DNA of 64,000 nt from Macrostomum lignano. Its lineage: Eukaryota. Numbering within the stretch: the first letter of the stretch is position 1; each line of letters starts with the position of its first letter. Position numbers and translations under genes: made by a program. This document shows, piece after piece, positions 11,141 to 21,616 of this stretch. The stretch spans positions 681,480 to 745,479 of the forward strand of contig NIVC01000068.1 in NCBI GenBank assembly GCA_002269645.1, in the 5' to 3' direction. The notes beneath the pieces were generated by a model. It ran no database searches, was not told the origin of the DNA, and saw only the letters and a list, made by a program, of their open reading frames with translations.

Positions 11141-13009
11141 ATATTTTCTATTTAGGGGAAGCTATATTTTGTTGTCTGTTTGTTAATTTTAGAGAAAAAG
11201 TGATTTTTTCACTTTGTAAACATCTTTGTCCTAGACAATTTTACCCGAATACGAGCTAAGGTGATTTTTAAAAGTGAAGAAGGAATTGGTGTTTAAGAAA
11301 ATGTGCTTTTTTATTGTTTTCCGTGAACTATTTTTGCTCCTTTCTTATTGGGCGCCCCGAAGGGGGGCCGCACTAGATTGCTAGTTTACAACAAAAGTTT
11401 TAAGACACATAATCCAAAAATTAACGTTTTTATTAAATTTTATATTTTATAATATACTTTATTGAGATAAAGTAAGAAGACAATAGATAGATATCTAAAC
11501 AAAATTTAAAAATCTTCAAAGCATTATTACAACATGCAATTGCTTTCAGACTACCCAGACACCTTCAGACTGAACTAATTATATTTCGATGAAAAATAGG
11601 TAATTAAATACGATACTCAATGAAACAACAGTTTTTAAGTTTTTATGTTTTATTGTAAAAACGAATTTGTTTTATAGTTATTAAATTTTTTAAAGTGTTT
11701 TTCCGTCATTAAAATAGGAAAAGCATATAAAAAAGCTCAATAAGTTTGTTATTGCAATATTTTGACTTTTGCCTTTTCAAGGAAATTTACTTTGAAAAAG
11801 ATACCTTACCCCGACCCTGCGACCCTGCCCGGTCGTAAACAGCTTAGAGCTACTGTAGTATAGTATTTTTGAGTTTGCACAATTATTGTATGAGTCGGCT
11901 CTCACGAAGAACAATAGAGGTTCTAATTTTTACTAGCACTAGCCACAAATCTTATCCTTTTGCTATGAAGTTCTTTCTTTCCTGTTTTTAGTTTTACTAC
12001 ATTTTTGTTTGAGTTAATTCATTAAAGTTCCGCTAGACCTAGCCAAACTTGCAATTTTTTAATTTAAATTCTTTTCATTCAACTTTTCTAACAGTAGGGG
12101 GCCTACTTTTGAAGTCGAATGTTTGTTTAGAAGAATAACAATGCAAATTTTCATGCCTTTTTATTTAGATTTTCTAAAGATGTTTTTTACAGTTTTTAAA
12201 AAGATTAGTTACTTTCTGTGTACAAAACCTAGGTAGGCGTAATAGTTGCTTGGTAAGCATTGGTTATTTTAATAGTAGGCAGTTGTTATTTGTCTGGTTA
12301 TTTTACTGGACAAATAGCCATTTTGTTATTCGTCTGGTTAAGTATATATTACCAGTACTATCTACTTGTAGGGAATATGTCTGGTTTTTAATGGCTTCTT
12401 ACTCGTATCTTAAATAATATATTGTTTTACTAGTGTCCGGTTAAGTTGCTAATATAAGTTTTTCTACTTCAAAGTATTTGTTAAGTAATTATTATTCTGG
12501 ATTTTTAGAACCTTTTTTTGTATCTCAGTTAATATTTTGTTTATACTGTATAAGCCTAGCATACTTAGGGTGTGTATGTGTATGCGATTGTAAACTTGCT
12601 TAAAAGTTTACTTGCATGTTGAACTGCATGATTATTGAAACTGCTCATTGTGCAGTTAGATTTTTTATTTATCCGGATATTTGTTCATATAATATATACT
12701 GTGTACACTGCAGCTATCATGTTCATTAAAAATATTTATTTATATTATTTATTTACTAGCAATCTAGTGCGGCCCCCCTTCGAAGCGCCCAATAAGCACG
12801 GAGCAAAAATAGTTAATGGAAAACAATTAAAAAGCACATTTTCTTAAACACCAATTCCTTCTTAACTTTTAAAAATCACCTTATTCATGTAAAATTGTCA
12901 CGGACAATAATATTTGCTATGAATCTATTTTTTTCTAAAATTAACAAATATACAACAAAATATAACTTTCACAAAGATAACAGACATTACCCCTAAATAG
13001 AAAATATTC

Positions 13010-13680
13010 CCAAGACAGCAAGCATCCCTCCAGATAGCAAGCACCCCCTCCAAAAGTAAGCAACCGCAGATAGCAAGCATCCCCTAATACTCGTAGCAAG
13101 CATCCACCCAGATAGCGAGCATCCTGCAGACAGCAAGCATTTCCCAAATATTGTAGAATCATCCACCCAGATAGCAAGCATCTGCAGATAACAAGCATCC
13201 CCCAAATATTGTAGAAGCATCCACCCAGATAGCAAGCATCCCCCAAATATTGTAGAAGCATCCACCCAGATAGCAAGCATCTGCAGATAGCAAGCATCCA
13301 CCCAGACAGCAAGCATTTCCCAAATATTGTAGAAGCATCCACCCAAATAGCAAGCATCTGCAGATAACAAGCATCCCCCAAATATTGTAGAAGCATCCAG
13401 CTAGATAGCAAGCATCCCCCAAATATTGTAGAAGCATCCACCCAGATAGCAAGCATCTGCAGATAGCAAGCATCCACCCAGACAGCAAGCATTTCCCAAA
13501 TATTGTAGAAGTATCCACCCAAATAGCAAGCATCTGCAGATAGCAAGCATCCCCCAAATATTGTAGAAGCATCCACCCAGACAGCAAGCATCTCCCAGAT
13601 AGCAAGCATCCACCCAGACAGCAAGCATCCTGCAGATACCAAGCACCACCCAAATATTGCAGAAGCATCAACCCAGTTAG
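13010..13680 (-). repeat. Complex agatagcaagcatc(c) minisatellite
   Basis: Tandem 14-bp cores with longer variant units; source of the spurious Cys/Trp/Leu-rich ORFs at 12941-13783. Confidence 0.9.
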
Positions 13681-13780
13681 TAAGAATCCATAAAAAGCAA
13701 ACATCCCTAGATAGAAAGAATCCCATACATATAGCCAAGCTTATCAAGCGCAGTAATCCTTTGTTTGCCAAGCGCAGTAA

Positions 13781-14077
13781 CATACATGCGCAACCTCCAA
13801 AATTCGGTCAGCCGTGCGACTTAGTTTTAACAAAAATGCGACGTAGTTTTTGGCCAAAAATGCGACTTACATGTAAAAAACCCTAAAGCAAAATTAACGC
13901 AACTTTGGGTAAACGGCAGGAGTAACTATAACAGTATTATTAAGCCAAAATGCCTCGTCAGCTACTTAGTACTACTACTTTGGTATTTTTTCGGGTGGGC
14001 ATTTTTGCGACTTCCTTGGTTGGCCGCCAAATCGGTCGGCCAGATTGGCCGACTCGGCCGACTGTTGTGCATGTATG
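13781..14077. mobile_element. MITE (297 bp), 14-bp TIRs, 8-bp TSD (hAT- or P-type)
   Basis: CATACATGCGCAAC (13781-13794) and GTTGTGCATGTATG (14064-14077), 1 mismatch. TSD CGCAGTAA (13773-13780, 14078-14085) inside the 24-bp array. Confidence 0.85.
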
Positions 14078-14085
14078 CGCAGTAA

Positions 14086-15415
14086 TCATTGGTTTATCAA
14101 GTGCAGTAATCCTTGGCTTATCAAGTGAAGTAAGTTCTGGTCTATCAAGTGCAGTAATCCTTGGTTTATCAAGTGCAGTAAGTCTTGGTTTATCAAGTGC
14201 AGTAAGTCTTGGTTTATTAAGTGCAGAAATCCTTGGTTTATCAAGTGCAGAAATCCTTGGTTTATAAAGTGCCGTAAGTCTTGGTTTATCCAATGCAGTA
14301 GTCCTTGGTTTATCAAGTGCAATAATCCTTGGTTAATCAAGTGCAGTAATCCTTGGTTTATCAAGTGCAGTAATCCTTGGTTTATCAAGTGCAATAATCC
14401 TTGGTTTATCAAGTGCAGAAATCCTTGGCTTATCAAGTGCAGTAATCCTTGGTTTATCAAGTGCAGTAACCCTTTGTTTATCAAGCGCAGTAGTCCTTGG
14501 TTTATCAAGTGCAGTAATCCTTGGCTTATTGAGTGCAATAATCCTTGGCTTATCAAGTGCAATAATCCTTGGTTTATCAAGTGCAATAATCCTTGGTTTA
14601 TCAAGCGCAGTAATCTTTGGCTTATCAAGTGCAATAATCCTTGGTTTATCAAGTGCAGTAATCTTTGGCTTATCAAGTGCAATAATCCTTGGTTTATCAA
14701 GTGCAGTAATCCTTGGCCTATCAAGTGCAATAATCCTTGGTTTATCAAGCGCAGTAATCTTTGGCTTATCAAGTGCAATAATCCTTGGTTTATCAAGTGC
14801 AGTAATCTTTGGCTTATCAAGTGCAATAATCCTTGGTTTATCAAGTGCAGTAATCCTTGGCCTATCAAGTGCAATAATCCTTGGTTTATCAAGTGCAGTA
14901 ATCCTTGGCTTATCGAGTGCAATAATCCTTGGCTTGTCAAGTGCAATAATCCTTGGTTTATCAAGTGCAATAATCCTTGGTTTATCAAGCGCAGTAATCT
15001 TTGGCTTATCGAGTGCAATAATCCTTGGCTTATCAAGTGCAATAATCCTTGGTTTATCAAGTGCAATAATCCTTGGTTTATCAAGCGCAGTAATCTTTGG
15101 CTTATCAAGTGCAATAATCCTTGGTTTATCAAGTGCAGTAATCCTTGGCCTATCAAGTGCAATAATCCTTGGTTTATCAAGCGCAGTAATCCTTGGCTTA
15201 TCGAGTGCAATAATCCTTGGCTTAGCAAGTGCAATAATCCTTGGTTTATCAAGTGCAGTAATCCTTGGCCTATCAAGTGCAATAATCCTTGGTTTATCAA
15301 GCGCAGTAATCCTTGGCTTATCGAGTGCAATAATCCTTGGCTTATCGAGTGCAATAATCCTTGGCTTATCCAGTGCAATAATCCTTGGTTTATCAAGTAC
15401 AATAATCCTTTGCTT
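14086..15415 (-). repeat. 24-bp minisatellite (~55 units)
   Basis: ttatcaagtgcaataatccttggt units, the reverse complement of the array at 9231. Confidence 0.95.
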
Positions 15416-16124
15416 CTAATCCATAATCCAGGTCTTTTTAATTAGTTTTTTAATAAAAGCTTTCAATAAAAAATTTATGCTACTTTTATTCTTTTATACA
15501 CTACTAAGATTCGAACCCAGGTTGCTGCATTAGCAGTCCAGTGTGTTCACATCTAGGCTAGCTCTCATTGAAATTGTAAATGAATTTGTAGCACTTATAA
15601 TTCAACACTCACACCAAGTCAATAGAGTAAAAGTTACACGAGGCAGTTATGACATAATCAATTTCTTAGGCAAGTCAGTACCAGTGTCTATTAAAGTTAG
15701 CAATATGGTTACGCAAGATAAATCAAGTATTGTGCTATGCTTCCACACTGCGTTTTCGATACTGTGACGTAATTCAATTCAGTGTCAAAATTCAGCCAGT
15801 ACAGAGACGATAAATAAAAGCCTATTGTTATGATGCAATCTATTTCAGAATCAGAATTCAACCAGTCAGTTTTTTCTCTAGCATTCTTACAATGCATTTC
15901 AAGTCGAAAGAGCTGCTTGACCTTTGCAAAAAAGCATGTTTTTCGAATATTTAATCCCTTTAGCATCGAGCAATTTCTTATCCAAGATGCATGTACCGTC
16001 ACGGGCAAATTTCTGATCGAACAGTGCAAGTTCGAAGAAAATCGGTCCAGCCATTCAGGAGAAAATCGATTTCGTACAAGCAAGCAAGCAAGATTTTCAT
16101 TTTTAGTATATAGAAAGAAGAAAT

Positions 16125-17909
16125 GGCTTATCGAGTGCAAGTAATCCTTGGTTTATCAAGTGCAGTAACCCTTTGTTTATCAAGCGCAGTAGTCCTTGGT
16201 TTATCAAGTGCAGTAATCCTTGGCTTATCGAGTGCAATAATCCTTGGCTTATCAAGTGCAATAATCCTTGGTTTATCAAGTGCAATAATCCTTGGTTTAT
16301 CAAGCGCAGTAATCTTTGGCTTATCAAGTGCAATAATCCTTGGTTTATCAAGTGCAGTAATCCTTGGCCTATCAAGTGCAATAATCCTTGGTTTATCAAG
16401 CGCAGTAATCCTTGGCTTATCGAGTGCAATAATCCTTGGCTTAGCAAGTGCAATAATCCTTGGTTTATCAAGTGCAGTAATCCTTGGCCTATCAAGTGCA
16501 ATAATCCTTGGTTTATCGAGTGCAGTAATCCTTGGCTTATCAAGTGCAGTAATCCTTGGTTTATCAAGTGCAGTAATCCTTGGTTTATCAAGTGCAGTAA
16601 GTCTTGGTTAATCTAGTGCAGTAATCCTTGATTTATCAAGTGCAATAACCCTTTGTTTATCAAGCGCAGTAGTCCTTGGTTTATCAAGTGCAGTAATCCT
16701 TGGCTTATCGAGTGCAATAATCCTTGGCTTATCAAGTGCAATAATCCTTGGTTTATCAAGTGCAATAATCCTTGGTTTATCAAGCGCAGTAATCTTTGGC
16801 TTATCGAGTGCAATAATCCTTGGCTTATCAAGTGCAATAATCCTTGGTTTATCAAGTGCAATAATCCTTGGTTTATCAAGCGCAGTAATCTTTGGCTTAT
16901 CAAGTGCAATAATCCTTGGTTTATCAAGTGCAGTAATCCTTGGCCTATCAAGTGCAATAATCCTTGGTTTATCAAGCGCAGTAATCCTTGGCTTATCGAG
17001 TGCAATAATCCTTGGCTTAGCAAGTGCAATAATCCTTGGTTTATCAAGTGCAGTAATCCTTGGCCTATCAAGTGCAATAATCCTTGGTTTATCAAGCGCA
17101 GTAATCCTTGGCTTATCGAGTGCAATAATCCTTGGCTTATCGAGTGCAATAATCCTTGGCTTATCCAGTGCAATAATCCTTGGTTTATCAAGTACAATAA
17201 TCCTTTGCTTCTAATCCATAATCCAGGTCTTTTTAATTAGTTTTTTAATAAAAGCTTTCAATAAAAAATTTATGCTACTTTTATTCTTTTATACACTACT
17301 AAGATTCGAACCCAGGTTGCTGCATTAGCAGTCCAGTGTGTTCACATCTAGGCTAGCTCTCATTGAAATTGTAAATGAATTTGTAGCACTTATAATTCAA
17401 CACTCACACCAAGTCAATAGAGTAAAAGTTACACGAGGCAGTTATGACATAATCAATTTCTTAGGCAAGTCAGTACCAGTGTCTATTAAAGTTAGCAATA
17501 TGGTTACGCAAGATAAATCAAGTATTGTGCTATGCTTCCACACTGCGTTTTCGATACTGTGACGTAATTCAATTCAGTGTCAAAATTCAGCCAGTACAGA
17601 GACGATAAATAAAAGCCTATTGTTATGATGCAATCTATTTCAGAATCAGAATTCAACCAGTCAGTTTTTTCTCTAGCATTCTTACAATGCATTTCAAGTC
17701 GAAAGAGCTGCTTGACCTTTGCAAAAAAGCATGTTTTTCGAATATTTAATCCCTTTAGCATCGAGCAATTTCTTATCCAAGATGCATGTACCGTCACGGG
17801 CAAATTTCTGATCGAACAGTGCAAGTTCGAAGAAAATCGGTCCAGCCATTCAGGAGAAAATCGATTTCGTACAAGCAAGCAAGCAAGATTTTCATTTTTA
17901 GTATATGGA
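16125..17909 (-). mobile_element. Tandem 5'-partial copy of Helitron B (head plus 24-bp array)
   Basis: Near-identical to ~14.4-16.1 kb at an offset of 1795 bp (15543 vs 17338). 5' end A|TCCATATACTAAAAATG at 17909. Confidence 0.8.
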
Positions 17910-17910
17910 T

Positions 17911-18710
17911 GGCTTATCGAGTGCAATAATCCTTGGCTTATCGAGTGCAATAATCCTTGGCTTATCCAGTGCAATAATCCTTGGTTTATCAAGTACAATA
18001 ATCCTTGGCTTCTAATCCATAATCCAGGTCTTTTTAATTGGTTTTTTAATAAAAGCTTTCAATAAAAAATTTATGCTACTTTTATTCTTTTATACACTAC
18101 TAAGATTCGAACCCAGGTTGCTGCATTAGCAGTCCAGTGTGTTCACATCTAGGCTAGCTCTCATTGAAATTGTAAATGAATTTGTAGCACTTATAATTCA
18201 ACACTCACACCAAGTCAATAGAGTAAAAGTTACACGAGGCAGTTATGACATAATCAATTTCTTAGGCAAGTCAGTACCAGTGTCTATTAAAGTTAGCAAT
18301 ATGGTTACGCAAGATAAATCAAGTATTGTGCTATGCTTCCACACTGCGTTTTCGATACTGTGACGTAATTCAATTCAGTGTCAAAATTCAGCCAGTACAG
18401 AGACGATAAATAAAAGCCTATTGTTATGATGCAATCTATTTCAGAATCAGAATTCAACCAGTCAGTTTTTTCTCTAGCATTCTTACAATGCATTTCAAGT
18501 CGAAAGAGCTGCTTGACCTTTGCAAAAAGCATGTTTTTTCGAATATTTAATCCCTTTAGCATCGAGCAATTTCTTAGCCAAGATGCATGTACCGTCACGG
18601 GCAAATTTCTGATCGAACAGTGCAAGTTCGAAGAAAATCGGTCCAGCCATTCAGGAGAAAATTGATTTCGTACAAGCAAGCAAGCAAGATTTTCATTTTT
18701 AGTATATGGA
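17911..18710 (-). mobile_element. Second tandem 5'-partial copy of Helitron B (short 24-bp array)
   Basis: Offset 801 bp from the previous copy (17338 vs 18139), with several private substitutions and indels. 5' end A|TCCATATACTAAAAATG at 18710, with a duplicated head motif out to ~18725. Confidence 0.8.
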
Positions 18711-19160
18711 TTTAGTATATTTAGATTTATATTGAAGTTAAGACTTGCATCTATTTTTTTTCATTTGGGGCACAATTATACTGCGCCAATACAGAACAAT
18801 TCTCTAGCCCCCTTCCAGCTGCCCTTTAGCCACCCTAAAGTCAACTTTCACTGCCAGATTTTCATAGAAACAGCATCGACCATGTGAAACATGTTTTGGG
18901 GCAATCAATTAAGAGCGTATGTGAATCATTTTTTCTAAAAATTACACCTAGGGCACTCATTTAAAATTTCGGTGCAGCTGGAAGGCAGCTACGGACATGT
19001 CAGTCCTACAAGCTAAATTTTAAGTGAAACTAATTGCGCGTGTAGTCGTACACTAGTATAACAATATATTGATCAAGATACAAGTAAGAAAGCCGTTAAA
19101 AACCAGACATATTCCCTACAAGTAGATAGTACTAGTGATATATATTTAACCGGACGAATA

Positions 19161-20100
19161 ACAACTGCCTTAATAGTATGTGAATGTTGTTAAATACATT
19201 GATGTAATATCAATTTAGAAGAGAATAAAAGTTTTGTTAGGCCCTACTTTTTTTGTCAAAGCTTAAGTAAGCAAAATTAGATTAATACCTATAAAGGTGC
19301 ACAGTCATTTCATCTACCGCCTTTTTGTCTGCCGGCAGACAAAATGACTTTTTGAGAAGAAAAGGCAAAAAATAGCTACATAGCTAGCAAAACTAGTTTT
19401 CATAATTAAATATTGCAAGGCATGCAAAAAGAGTTAAAGTGGGATGTCAGTTTTTCTAAGCATAATTTTGTTTAACAACTGCCTTAATAGTATGTGAATG
19501 TTGTTAAATACATTGATGTAATATCAATTTAGAACAGAATAAAAGTTTTGTTAGGCCCTACTTTTTTTGTCAAAGCTTAAGTAAGCAAAATTAGATTAAT
19601 ACCTATAAAGGTGCACAGTCATTTCATCTACCGCCTTTTTGTCTGCCGGCAGACAAAATGACTTTTTGAGAAGAAAAGGCAAAAAATAGCTACATAGCTA
19701 GCAAAACTAGTTTTCATAATTAAATATTGCAAGGCATGCAAAAAGAGTTAAAGTGGGATGTCAGTTTTTCTAAGCATAATTTTGTTTAACAACTGCCTTA
19801 ATAGTATGTGAATGTTGTTAAATACATTGATGTAATATCAATTTAGAACAGAATAAAAGTTTTGTTAGGCCCTACTTTTTTGTCAAAGCTTAAGTAAGCA
19901 AAATTAGATTAATACCTAAAAGGTGCACAGTCATTTCATCTGCCGCCTTTTCGTCTGCTGGCAGACAAAATGACTTTTTGAGAAGAAAAGGCAAAAAATA
20001 GCTACATAGCTAGCAAAACTAGTTTTCATAATTAAATATTGCGAGGCATGCAAAAAGAGTTAAAGTGGGATATCAGTTTTTCTAAGCATAATTTTGTTTA
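19161..20100. repeat. 314-bp tandem triplication
   Basis: acaactgccttaatag recurs at 19161, 19475 and 19789. Each unit carries the palindrome ttttgtctgccggcagacaaaa (degenerate in unit 3). Confidence 0.95.
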
Positions 20101-20594
20101 ACGCATTATTTTAAAGAAGCGTGTTATTAGGCCCTAGTTTTAAACATCCGTTGAAAAAATGAACTTATAAATGAAGTGATGGAAGCTGCAGTTACGAATA
20201 TTGAAGGCAGAGACAGAGTTTGTTGTTGAATATGATCAGCCGGCTGTTATGTGCATTGTTATGACCCCATCCAATGATAATGCATTTTCATTATGAACAA
20301 TTATTCAGCCTCCAAAATTCATATAACAAACAAAAAGTTAGTATTATATGTGTACTACAGGTCCCTTGGGAAAATATTTTTTAGATTGTATACTCATGCT
20401 TCTAGCGTAATTATTTTGTTATTTTCAATAAAGTATTAGTAGTTTTTAAGATATACAGATATTTATTTCCAATATTATATGTACTGACATTGTACTTAGT
20501 CTTAATATTTTGTGGTAGACGAAATGACTGCATCATATTTTTGCAGACAAAAGAATGGCAGACAAACTGGCAGCAGACAAAATGACTGTCAACC
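19296..20594. mobile_element. TIR element (unit length ~670 bp) whose left end is triplicated
   Basis: Left TIR GGTGCACAGTCATTT at 19296, 19610 and 19922. Right TIR AAATGACTGTCAACC ending at 20594 (13/15 match). TSD CCTATAAA (19288-19295, 20595-20602). Subterminal gcagacaaaatgac motifs at both ends. Confidence 0.7.
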
Positions 20595-21616
20595 CCTATA
20601 AATGCAGTATATTACCAATAATGGAAAACAACAATGTTTTAAATAGCAAAATCAAGAAGCAAAATAATTTTTTATAAATCTTTCAAACGAAACCTGTATT
20701 GATAAACTCTGGCTTACAAAATTGATTTATCTAGCCTTTAGGTTCTTTGAACTTTACAATAGCAAATTAGCCTGCTTGAGGTGTTTTTTAGGCTTTAGTT
20801 TAGCTCTTTTTTTCTAATAAACTCTTCTCTTCTAATTGTGTCTATTGTCCTCTCTACTGTCTTTTTACTCTTTTTCTTTTCTCTCTTTTTTGACTTTTTT
20901 ATTTTCTATTCTATTACCTCATCTTTTCTTTCCTCTTTTTGTTCTTTTCTATCCTTTTGACCCTCTTCTCACTCTCCTTTTTTGGCTTGTTTTATACTAG
21001 ATTTTTTATCTGGCCATTATAAGCTAAAAATATCCATAAGGAACTCTTTGCTTAATTAGATAATAAAAATACATTTTTAGATAGTTGTGCTTCTTGATTT
21101 AAAATGGTGTTTCTATTATTTGTTTCTGTTATTTAACTATAATTTTTTATTATTAAGCCCCTATGTCTTATATTTTATTTAAGCTATGGAATACTCAATG
21201 CCTTTATTGATTAAATTTATCAACATTGTTTTAGTTGCTTATTTTATTGTCTAATTAAGCAAATTATGGAATTTTGACACATATTTTGGATATAGTTAAG
21301 TTTATTTTAGCTTATTAAGGTATATCAAACTAGATTACAAAAACTATGAATTCTAAGTATTTTAATCCTTCATTATTTTGTGCCCTTATCAGTATGTTTT
21401 GTTTCTCCTAAAGGCTTATAAGGCTTCAATATGCCTATACTATGCTATTATTGCATAACAGCTTAATAACACATTCTCTATTATGGTTAGTTATTAAACT
21501 ACCAAATCATCTGTTTTATTCTCTTATTTGAAATTTTTGACAAAAATTAATATTTTACCTCTAGGTCAATTCTGAGAAAAACTTCACTGTGCTACCCCAC
21601 TGCAGGAGCAATAATC

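Larger units (their letters stand above)
8238..11384 (+). mobile_element. Non-autonomous Helitron-like element B, copy 1
   Basis: 5' TCCCATATGCTAAAAATG + (TCTA)n + AACCGATTTT. 3' GC hairpin gggcgccccgaaggggggccgc then ACTAGATTGCTAG|T (CTAG 11381-11384). Colinear with the reverse complement of 12756-16114. Confidence 0.75.
12756..16114 (-). mobile_element. Non-autonomous Helitron-like element B, copy 2 (inverted relative to copy 1)
   Basis: On the minus strand the 5' end is TCTATATACTAAAAATGAAAATC(TTGC)n...GGACCGATTTT at 16114, and the 3' end is gggcgcttcgaaggggggccgcACTAGATTGCTAG|T ending at 12756. Same module order as copy 1. Confidence 0.8.

Noticed and set aside
12941-13783. Cys/Trp/Leu-rich ORFs
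   Set aside because: Read-through of the agatagcaagcatc repeat.
15501-15562. Functional tRNA gene
   Set aside because: No acceptor stem or complete cloverleaf is visible; treated as a tRNA-derived remnant.
9231-17240. Long ORFs (ALDKPRII, LHLINQGL, IILGLSSA, NPWFIKC repeats; up to 438 aa)
   Set aside because: They are translations of a 24-bp minisatellite open in several frames on both strands, inside Helitron-like elements, with no splice or domain context. Not leucine-rich-repeat proteins.
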